The position numbers and the translations under genes were made by a program. Source: Bugula neritina (Eukaryota; Animalia; Bryozoa). Taken from it: a DNA stretch of 64,000 nt. The notes beneath the pieces are model-generated. The model saw only the letters and a list, made by a program, of their open reading frames with translations, was not told the origin of the DNA and searched no databases. Shown here one piece after another: positions 11,328 through 22,300 of this stretch; the stretch's first letter is position 1, and each line of letters starts with the position of its first letter. The stretch is from positions 16,475,875-16,539,874 of the forward strand of contig OZ037768.1 in assembly GCA_964035545.1 (NCBI GenBank), in the 5' to 3' direction.

Positions 11328-14300
11328 CTAGAGATGAGTATCGGATTGAGTTGAGTGTGGTGAGGTAGTGGCACAGTTAGCAGGAGTGGACGAAGAATTG
11401 CATGTATTTCTAGTAGTTGAAGAGTGTGGAGAGGTAGTGGTGATGTTAGTAGATGTATCTGCACTCTCAGGAGACTTAGACAGAGACTTCTCTCGACTTG
11501 TCCTCTCTTTTCTTTGCTTCTCACTAAACAATAAGTAAAGCGCATTAAAGTAAAACACTACTCTGTGGTAGTTCAACTCATGTCACAGGTTATCTACATT
11601 CATACAAGAAAAAGTGGTTACAGGCACCAGGAAACTTCAAAATTATAAACCTGTACCAACTACTGACTGAAAGACTGTTAGATGAGGCTTAAGATCAAAG
11701 CACAACACTCGATAGAATGAGTGCAGAGCAAGTGCATAGGCAGCCAATGAATCGGCAGCAGATATATTTCTTGCAAAGAAGTTATACAGAAAGCTTCGTA
11801 ACTACATTAAGGTAGTGCTAAAACCGGCAGAAATATTTCGTTGTCAAAATGAATATAAAATTTTAAATATTTTTTGAACTGATTCCATTATTATTTGATT
11901 TATATTTACACATTTTGTAGACACGTGCATTAAACTATGTTACAATATTGGGGATCAGCTGGCAATGAATTTATTTCTAATTACAATAATTTTCATAATG
12001 CAAGCATATATCAAAATGCCAAATATATTGTAGATAGGGTTAGTGGTATCCTGTGTAGTGAGCTCTTAGTAAACCCACTATTCAACATTTCCTTTTGTAA
12101 AGTCGGCTTGATAGCACAGTTGATAGGCTCACTACCACTGCTAACTGCAAGAACTTAAATCTCACTATTGGCACGTATCATGTTAATATTTAGCAATATA
12201 AATTTTATGTTGAAAGCTATTTTAAGGATGTCAATTTGCTTTTTCAAACTTGAAAAATTTTGGTTGCAATTGTTTAAACTTGGTTTATTAGGAAAACTAG
12301 GTTATACTATGCCTGCATGCACGCAACTATTGTACTATCTTTCAAAGTTTATACAGACACCTGTTGAACTAAAAGGCCTTGATTAGTATTTCACTAAAGA
12401 ATAAAATAATTTAACATATTTTACAAGCTGACATGTAAATATTGATATCTGTAACTTTGGAATGTTTAAATATGGTATCAAACTATTATCAAAATACATT
12501 ACGTTTTTAGAAAGGAATGTTTGTGACAACACGCCCATCATACTTTATGTTCGAATGGAATATTAAACTGTATCGTCAATGAACTTAACATCTGTAACCC
12601 ATATAACAGGATGGAGTGGAAATAGGCAAGATAACGCTCAATGAGCCTCGCTGGAAACTTACAGCTCGCAACTATAAAGCTTGCTTGCTGAATGCTAGTC
12701 AACCACACAGTGCTTTTCTGCGCTAACCACAGACATATATTTTTGAAGCTAAGAGTATTTCTCTTTACAATCACATCTAAACTGTGCACAATGGTAAGAC
12801 AAATCCTTCTATCTCAGTTGTTTTTAAAAGTATAAACTACTTGTTTTCTCAGCTGAACATAACGTTGATATTCAAGTTTGAAGTACTACATTTTCAAATA
12901 AGAGAATTTATCACAAGCCTTACAAAACTTACAAACCAATTACAACTTTAAAACAATGCTGTTGTTAACAATCAAATTTTAGAGAGAAATGATTTTTGGC
13001 CATTGTGGAATTTATCACAAAGCAACATGAAGCGAGGTTAAAACACCCACACCTCCACCCCTTGGAACCTGTGTAGGAGTTTTGATAAAGATAAAACATA
13101 TTATATTATCATATTATTGCTTCCTTTTACATTCCTTTTACTCTAACACGACAACAATATAATTAGTGGAGTTTATCATATGAAAGCAAACAACCATTAA
13201 AGTGCTCCATTAGCATAAATGCAGTAAAACTGACGGAAGTTTATAGTCGCCATCCCTGTGAGAACCCCTGATGGAAAAGGTTGTTTAAAAGTGGGCTGAG
13301 GATATATTCCTCTATGTGGCACAGGAGCAATTATGACTGGATGCTCTTCCTAACATCACCCCTAAACCATAAGTGCAATAAACCATTCATAATTATTACC
13401 ACCAGTTGACCAAGTGGTGTATCACACTGAAACAATCAGATATTAGCACTAGTTATGAAATTCCTAGCAAACATGAGTGAAACAAGTACCTACTTGACAA
13501 ACTTAAGAGAACATTTAAAAAAAATTCTTAAATTTTCTACCAAAGACCATTTTTCATTTCACTGTATAAATAGATATAATAGTCAATTGCTGTTAGTGTG
13601 CGGAGTTCTGGTAGAACAGAGTAAATTTGCTAATTGTATTACCAATATTAGCAATAACTACAATCAATATTCACTTGATATATACATTTTGTTTGAATAT
13701 GTTACATTGTATTTTAAGCAAGACTAGGCTTAATCAAATTTTATTCAACTAGTTGATGGTGTTGAAGCCTGACATACATGTACATCAAATTGATTTGTTT
13801 TTGAATTTCATAGACATTTTAGGTAATGATTTCTTAATTACCTAATAGGCGGTCAATTGAAATGTATTGCAGCCGATTGGATTTTTGTATGACAAATTCT
13901 AAATCTAAGCTGTCTCTTTCTTTGAAAAATACTTGCCAACACATCACCGAGTTAACCAAAAGATTTTAAAAGTAAACAGATTTTGTAGCAAGTCTCAAAT
14001 TAAGTTGATACTTTAGAAAATTGTATGCATTTATTTTTAATGGTATATTCAAATGATAGCTGTAATAAAAAGTTATAGTAAAGAAACAACAGCATCAATA
14101 ATTTTCTAGAGAGCAGCTGTTAATGTGCAAAATTATTGCTTTGTTAACCCAAATCTATTTCTTTTAACTATGAGATACTGCAGTTAATTGTTAATACATT
14201 GCAAACAATTGAAGCATTACTTTTACTAACCTAGATGGCCTCTCATTGCTAATGCTACGATCATAACGGGAATGTCTGTACCGGCGATCATCTGACCTAA

Positions 14301-17300
14301 CATAAAAAGCATAACATAATTCAACAGCAAAAGATATGCATTGGAAAAATTTGAGGGAATTGAGAAAAAATCAAAATAATGATAAATTTGGGGCAGCAAT
14401 AAAGAATGACAATAATGAAGAATATTAACTTTTTTTCCAAAACTGACTTTACGTTTAGAATGAGAGAATAGTGTCAACTTAGCACCTCAGATAACATATC
14501 AATGAGCCATAATACGAAATTAGTTTTATGATTAGAAGTAGATAAACATAGTAATAACATGATCACTTTCATCTCCAATTATAGAATTTAAAGACTATAA
14601 GAGTAGAATTCAAGCCAATTAAAAGACAGATTTGAATATAAATATTAAATATATTAAAACTATGTCAAAATTATTCTGTAAAAATCATTCTAAGTTAGAG
14701 TTTCATGTTTTAAGCTTGAAAATGCATGTTAAAGTGATAAACCATAGATCTACATTGAACTAGCAGAAAATCTAACTATATAAGACATTTGTAGAAAGCT
14801 ATTGATAAAAAATATAATAAGATGAATCAATTTAAATTACCAATCACTTACCGAGGGCGCCTCTTGGGCGATCGTGATCTATAATAAAAAATAAAGTCAA
14901 ATGTCTTCAAAACATTTTCTGTTGAATAATTTACATCTATGAGGCACTTAGTGAAATAAGATTGCAAAACAATTAATTAAAACAATTAATGTATGACTTT
15001 CCAAACTAAACAAAATCATACAATTTTTTCAATCTATTTGTTTGAAAACTGGTAAAAATGAGTGCATACCTGGATTTAGCTGAATAGTCAGAAGAGTGGC
15101 CCTTACAGTTTCTCCGGGGAGATCTAGATCTACAACTACAATGAGAATAGTACTTGGACTGGCTGGCAAATCAAGAGGTAGTGATGAAGATTTCAATTCA
15201 AGTAACAAAACATTCATGAAATTCGAGTAGCTCATCAAGTTAGGAAATGAGAAGACAGTCTGCTATTTAAGCAATTGGAAACAAGTTTTCTCATTGGGTT
15301 ATGTCAAAGTACAAGAGATGGGCAACAGCATCACTTCATGAGAAGCCGAATTATTACCCAACACGAGTGTCATTCACCTCACTATTGGTAGATAAACAAG
15401 TGTAATCAGTAAAGCAATAGATGTTTGGTAGCCACACATCACTAAGAGAATCAGAAGTTTAGTTAAAGCAGCATAAGAATATGGCAGCAAAGTTTAGTCT
15501 ATTTGATGCATGAAAGTAGTTAGCTCATCAATTTATGTTTGGTATTAAAGAGTAGTACTCTAGGGTATTGATGTATAGGCTACATCATAGTTTGGTACTA
15601 TGGTACACCTATCAAACATAATAATTGCTATAAAATTAAAAGCAATTGTACAAAGATTAAAATATAATTTGCCATGCACACAGTAAAGAAATTGTTCACT
15701 GTTAAAACTAAATTTATAATACATTCTAAACTTATTCAGCATATGGCAATCAGTTTAGAAAATCTGAAACCTAGCCATACCACCATTTCATGTGCAACAG
15801 ATATTATTTCAATTAGAAAATTATTGTGCAGCAAAGACCAGCTGCCTACAGAGATATTTCCCTTGAGGTTGCTTCTCTATTTGAAAATGTAAAATAAAAC
15901 AGAGAAAAATGACATCAGCATACCTGTGCCTTGAACGTATTGAATCCTTTTGTTTTTCACTTCGATCATCAAATGGTCTAGCATATTCTACTCTCACCCT
16001 TCTTCCACAAAGCCTTCTATAAAAATACAATTGATTAAATGAAATTATATAACTGCAAATTTTATAATAAGCTTCATAAAATAAATTTAAATTTCAAACA
16101 CATTACCCCAGGGAAAAATAATAGTGAAACATGAAAATTAAAATTACCTCCCGTGGGATTTCCGTACTGCTCGTTCACATTCTTCAACACGTTTAAAAAC
16201 TATAAAAGCAAATCCAGGCGGATTTCTATAAGAAAAATACAACAAGAGAATATTGAACATCATTCAAAATTAATTCACTTATTGGTTGAAGATTGAAGAC
16301 TACAAGTCATAAAAACTAATTATTCATCCTCAACCTTACAACAACTGGTAGGTGACTTATATTCATGAGTCCAACTTTCCCTGGTTTAGCCAGAAAACCT
16401 TAAATTAGAAGGCTAAAACTTATTAGGAAATTCCTTACTTGAATATAAACTTTTCAATTAAAAATACAATGGAATTACAAATTATATAACCAGTATATAC
16501 AAATCACCAACGTTTAGTTAATACAGCAATTTATAAATTTGTGGTAATTATATACATTTTATCAGTATATTTATGGGCTACTAATAACTAGTTGTGGGTT
16601 GATATTGCCATAGCAATATCAACCCACAACTAGTTATTAGTAGCCCATAAATACACTGATAAAATGTATATAATTACCACAAAATTATAAATTGCTCTAT
16701 TAGAATCAGACTTACTGGTTGTGTTACAAGAGAACTTGACTTAAAAATTTGTGAATATATACACGCACACACAACCACACACACACACATATATATATAA
16801 AAGGTATTAATATCGGATAAATGAAATCACTCATTTAGCTGACTATAAATTTGTTTCGTATAATTTTACATTTCTGCTTACACGTACTGGAAAGTTTTTT
16901 ACTTTTGTTAAAGAAGGATAACTTTGGTGGCTTTAGGATACTGTACTTTTTATAGCTGCATAAGTTGCATAGGTTAGTTAAGTTCGAGTACGATTTACAT
17001 ATTCTTATAATGTCCCATCTGATGTTAAACTGCAAATTTTTTTCTTGCTCAGTTCAATATTTCTAGGTGTTCCTTTACAATCTATAAGTCTATCATCTCT
17101 TAGTTGCATTCTAGTGTGTATTCAGCTTTTCAATCACTGTGGTATAATGCTGATGAAAATAATTTAACTGTAGTCAGCAATAAAATATACACCCATTGCT
17201 ATGGACATCAACAATTTTTGCTTGCTTACTTCACAAATTTTCAAGTCATGTTTTCTTGTAACACAACCAGTAAGTCTGACTATTATAAAGTAATGGGCAG

Positions 17301-18391
17301 ATAGATCAATCACTTACAATCAGCAGCATAAATAATTCATACATTTAATTAACAAAACATGAAAAAATGAAACTCCAGTAAAAACCATCTGTTATTAATT
17401 ATGAGATTCAATTTCATATTGATGATCAACTTGATAAGTGCAATAGGTTTTATGATATTCTTATTGCTCTTGACTCACTGCTATTCTTTGTTGCTGTGAT
17501 TGCATGACCATTCACATTGTTATTGTGATACTCTATCAACCACCACAATGTAATTGCCATTCAGTTTAACTATTAGTATTAGTCATCTATAATTGTATCA
17601 TTTCTCTTATTATACTATTTATAATTAGTATTAGTTTTACTAAAAAGCACAATTAAACTCTAGTAGTAGCAGCAGCAGCAATAGTACTAGTAGCAACAGC
17701 AGCAGTATGAGTATACTAGTAACAGCAGTAGTAGTACTAGTAGTAGTAATACCAATAGTAAGAGTTACCAGTACTAGTAGTAGTAGTATTAGCATTACTA
17801 TTACTATTTGCATAAATTAAAATATAACTAGGTCTAGTAACTACTATTGCTACTACTGCTACCACTACTACTACCACTACCATTACCACTACTACTAGTA
17901 CTAGTATTACTATCAGTATCAATGTTAGACTAAAACTTAGACAAGATTTTTATAGTAAACCTAAATTTATAATTTTACTACCATTACTATTAGTAGTACT
18001 ATTAGTAATAGTAATACTGTATAAGTAGTAGCATTATGTATAGGTATAACTATTTTTCATATATGAAAATTAAAATAAAATAGAAATCTAAATGTAAAAG
18101 TAAAACTGAAAAATTATTACTATAAGTTATAGTGAGTATAAGTATATTTATACTTAGTCTTATAGTTATTCATAATGATAGTACTAAGTTTATTATTGAA
18201 ATTGATATTGGGCTACAGCATGAGTATAAGCACAACTAATAATTATAATAAATGTAATACCTGGCAACCCAAACGTCTATCAACTGTCCGTATCTTTCAT
18301 ACTCTCTTTCAATGTCATATCTTGTGGTCTGGTGCCCAAGATCTCCGACAAAAACTCTATAACCACCAAAATGCGGGTCATAAACTGCCAT
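11328..18391 (-). CDS. SRSF3/SRSF7/RBP1-like SR splicing factor (single RRM plus short RS region), ~218 aa
   Basis: Exons 18261-18391, 16148-16225, 15924-16016, 15070-15135, 14852-14878, 14231-14296, 11328-11523. Translation MAVYDPHFGGYRVFVGDLGHQTTRYDIEREYERYGQLIDVWVARNPPGFAFIVFKRVEECERAVRKSHGRRLCGRRVRVEYARP... has RNP2 VFVGDL and the family-typical WVARNPPGFAF RNP1 segment, followed by RSRSPRR/RSRSPKRR. No zinc knuckle seen. The start codon is uncertain: a short upstream exon near 18477-18483 could splice to CAG|TTTATGAC. Confidence 0.88.
13226..13367 (-). mobile_element. tRNA-derived SINE, internally deleted copy (same family as 34546 and 39604)
   Basis: Reverse complement contains ggtttagggg...tgatgttaggaagagcatccagtcataattgctcctgtgccac...catcaggggttctcacagggatggcgactataaactt, matching the other two copies. 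Degenerate flanking duplication cataaatgcagtaaaac / cataagtgcaataaac. Confidence 0.85.
16519..16702. repeat. Near-perfect 184-bp palindrome (90-bp arms, 4-nt centre) in intron 1 of the SR gene
   Basis: taatacagcaatttataaatttgtggt...gttgatattgc CATA gcaatatcaac...accacaaaattataaattgctctatta; about three mismatches. Confidence 0.95.
16706..17279 (-). mobile_element. Penelope-like element relic (C-terminal GIY-YIG endonuclease fragment) bounded by 50-bp inverted repeats
   Basis: ORF 16835-17035 (FNIRWDIIRICKSYSNLTNLCNLCSYKKYSIL...FNKSKKLSSTCKQK, preceded by IELSK) resembles the ELSK..I.W.I....Y....C.LC..EK..I...LNK..E....C.H pattern of PLE GIY-YIG C-termini. 16706-16755 and 17230-17279 are inverted copies (47/50 identical). 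Confidence 0.65.
17560..18250. repeat. Degenerate (TAG)n/(TAC)n low-complexity tract
   Basis: tagtagtagcagcagcagcaatagtactag... then actactactaccactac...; source of the poly-Val ORF 17737-17922. Confidence 0.85.
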
Positions 18392-18399
18392 AATGAAAA

Positions 18400-19318
18400 A
18401 TTTAGTTAATTATAGTTCAAAAAATATACATAAAAATTATTTTTAACCAACAAATACAATGCAAAAACCTACATTACGTATCATTCAGCTGTGCGTTCAG
18501 CAAAGCTCGACTTCACTCGATTTACGATTTTGTCCATTTTCAAAGAATCGTTATAATATAAGCAGTAATTTGAGATTCTCTAATTTGGCGTTAGGGGTGC
18601 AATTTGAAACCCCAAACTTTAAACTTGAGAGTTTTTAACTATTGCACCCAGTCACTATCAGCTTGGAGTTGCGTTTAAAAGGATTAACTTTTGGAGGTTA
18701 AAATTACTGAACCGAAACTATGTTCAATGGTCACCAATATGAACGTGTCTTGGAGTTGTTTACTCTTTCATCTTTTTACTAGTTGAGGAGAATAATTCGT
18801 CGGCAATCGTAATAATCATAGAAATAAATAATAATGCTATATAAATTTTTGGTTTGCAGTTTCAATTAAGTGCTGGTACTTATAATATATAGAACCATAA
18901 TTTTCAATTGCGTTATTAGAATCTTTTTTCGATTGCAATTATTCCTCATACCAATAGTGATAATGTGTTTTTTGTTCAAAATTGAAGCACGAAAATCATG
19001 TTGTTAGATTCTGTAGAAGATTGTAATTTATATACCTTCATAATCATTATTCATCATAATTAGACAATAGTTATTATGAGTCCGTTTAGCGTAGTTCTAT
19101 TGCAAATTGGAGTTGTGCATTTCAATGTTAAAGTAGACACGCCCAACGTAGTGTCAAAAGCCTCGCGTGAAAGGCGTGGCTTAGACACCATGATTAGCGA
19201 AAAGTCAATGAAATACCGTAAAAGCCATTCACGGAATACAACATGCGTTTAGAGCACGCGAATTATTCAAGACAATTGAAGGCAGAGGATTTTCTGAGTT
19301 TAGAGCCTACAGACGAAG
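18400..19318. promoter_or_regulatory. Putative bidirectional promoter between the SR gene (-) and the neuregulin (+)
   Basis: Divergent start codons are ~930 bp apart; locally CpG-richer stretches at 18490-18530 and 19135-19265. No TSS can be seen directly. Confidence 0.5.
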
Positions 19319-22300
19319 ATGTGGATCTCTCACCATAAGCTACTCCTATGGCACACCGCTAGAAATATCCTCGCGATATTTTACATGCTGGAAATACGAT
19401 TTATTTGCAGCTGCAGGACAGATTTTAATGACGTTCAGTCTAAAGCCGTTCTCTCTGATATAGTAATTGCTGGGAAAGTTGTAAATTTAAGTTTGACTCA
19501 GCCACCTCTATCAGCTGACTATGACAGTTACACTGCTTTTGTACAAGTTTCATCTGTGATAAAGCAACCAGCACATCAACTTAGTAACTATATTATTTAT
19601 AGGAGACAGTACATTTCTATAGATGGGTTTCTAAAGAACAACTCAGCTGATCTCCAGTCGTTGCATTTGTCGCAGGCAAACGCTAGCCATAATGTATCAA
19701 ATATATTTGCAAGTCAGTATTGTTTTTCCTACGTAAATCAATCACAGGATTATATTTTATTTATCAATCAAAGCATACCTGTCATCAATAATAAACCTAT
19801 ATATCGTTCTGCTCAAGTACCAGCTTTATATACAAGAACTGACAAAAAGCTAATAAAAGAAGTGCTATGTGCAAGTTGTGGTAAGTATTTTATAGAAATT
19901 TGTTTTAATCCTTATCCTAAGGTGGTATTGGATCACATAGAGTAATACTAAAATATTGCCATTAACCATTATTACATAACCTTAAGGCTTAAACTTAACG
20001 AAGCTAGGAATAGTTTCAGCTTGATAAGTCAGTTTAGATGTTTAGAGTTGAACTGATATTTTGCTGTTTAACTGCACTTCTAACATTCAGGTCTTGGAAC
20101 ACTAACTTATAGCTCAATAGTTCATTTGGTCAACTAGATTCAGCAGTTACACTTGGTGATAGTAAAGGTATTTCAATAGTTGATCCATTTACCTGTACAA
20201 TTAACAGTCGATGTAAATATCAAGCACTTAGATAAACTACAGCGCGAGTATGAAGAATAGTACCAATGAAGTGCTCACTTAAAAATAGAGTCATTAAAAC
20301 ACAAAGGTCAACTTTTTCATTTCAACGAAGTGCACTCGTACAGCTCCTTAGTGATGGCCAAATTATATGCTATTACTATTAGTATAATTACCAAGCTAGA
20401 GTTTTGATTTATTTTATACTATTTTGTTAACATTATCATTTTTCAGTAATATTGTATAATAATTTATCTATAAATATAACTAATTAGGCACTGATGATAG
20501 CCTAATGCCTACAAATTAGCTATTGCTTTTCTTATACTCTTAGGCTAAATATTTTTTCAGTGAAGTTACTTTCAATAATTTTTTAATTGTGTTATCATTA
20601 ATAATGACATACACATTTCATACAAAGTGGAAAGTGAAACTCACATAGAGTTGACAAAGGATAAATTATCCAGATTAGGCATTATCAAAGAAAACTGTAA
20701 AACTGAAAACCAGACATACATGTGTCATCAACTACTGCTTTATATGATGATGTTTAGCAGCTTATCACCAACAGCATACACCTACACCTACACCCATTCC
20801 TGCCCATAGTTTCATCACCGTGTCTCTCTGTGAAGCTGTTAGCAACAGTATGACATAAAATGTATAGCATATTCAGTTATAAAATTTTAGCTAAAAGTCC
20901 TAATGCCAAATCAAAACGTAATCTCGAAGTAATGGAAGGTGAAAGTAATTATAAGATAGCTTGCCGAATAGAAGGTGTCCCCCACCCTCAAGTATATTGG
21001 TATAAAGATGGCGTAGTACTGGATGATTCTCACCGAGGCATTGCCATAAAACAAAGAAGGTTAGTTTATGAAATAAATATATCTAAAACTATATTATTAG
21101 ATATGACTATTTTAAAGTAAATTTAGCCGGGTTTTAAATAATTGATGTGTAACAATTGTGTGCATTGTTCAACTGTTTGCGTGCAAGAGTTGCATGAATA
21201 ACTACATTGCCAAATGCTACAGAATGTTGCAATTGCTAGTGTATAGTAATTCATTGATCTACAGTTAGTTGTCTATAGGAAATATTTAAAGTATTTTTTG
21301 GTCGATAAATAATGATTATTTTCTAGACGTGGCTGTTGCAAAAACAAATAAAATTATAATAAGGTGCTATTACCTTACATTATTCCTTACAAGTTTATGC
21401 ATGATTAGCCGGCAGGTATCTATGAAATAACTTTATACCATTGACACTTTTTCTTAACATTTTCAATATTATTTGTTTTAGTTGAGTCATGTAAATATTT
21501 TTAACACTTGTGTGCTTGTTTAAGGGGTATTTGTTTTTCATGATGAAATACTTGAATGCCTCTCTTGACTACTATACCTTATAACTGTGGCCAGTACACA
21601 GTTTGCATACATTTGCATAATGTTTTTAGTTGCTATGGTTAAATTGTCAAGTTTGGGCAAGCCTTAACAGATTACAAAAGAAGAAGAGTTATTATGTAAA
21701 CATCATGCCAACTGACAATGATTCTTATGTAATTTTGCAGGAAAAAAAATATAATAACGAGTACAATAAGAATAAAGTCTGTGAATGATCAGCACGCTGG
21801 TGTTTATAAATGTGTAGCTAAGAGCATCCTGGGGGAAGATACTGCCAAAACAAAGTTAACAGGTGAGTTTTGAAAGAGATTCTGGTGTTCAAATAACCAT
21901 TTAGTTACCCAACGTAGGTGGTTCATAGTGTCTACATATGCACTATAAATTGGAGTTTAAGCTGAAATACAATACTGCCAACAATATTAATATTGCTTAA
22001 AGGTTGGCTTGCTGTTAATCAGACAAACATCTCACCCTACTTGAACTAATTCGTGGCTTGTGTGTTTGTCTATCAGCAGGAAAATAACAACATCTACTTA
22101 CCAATCCTTTATTAGTTAGCAGATGGCAAGCTTTTCAAACTGAATTATTCTTTAAGTGATCAATTAGTAAACTACATTAAATGGATACAGCACCGCTGGG
22201 GTTCACTAAATTGAGTCCTAAACTCTAGTGAAAATCCCAGCATTATGCACTTCAGATTTGTTTATCTCCAGATGTGACTGCAGTCTATCTTTAGGACAGT

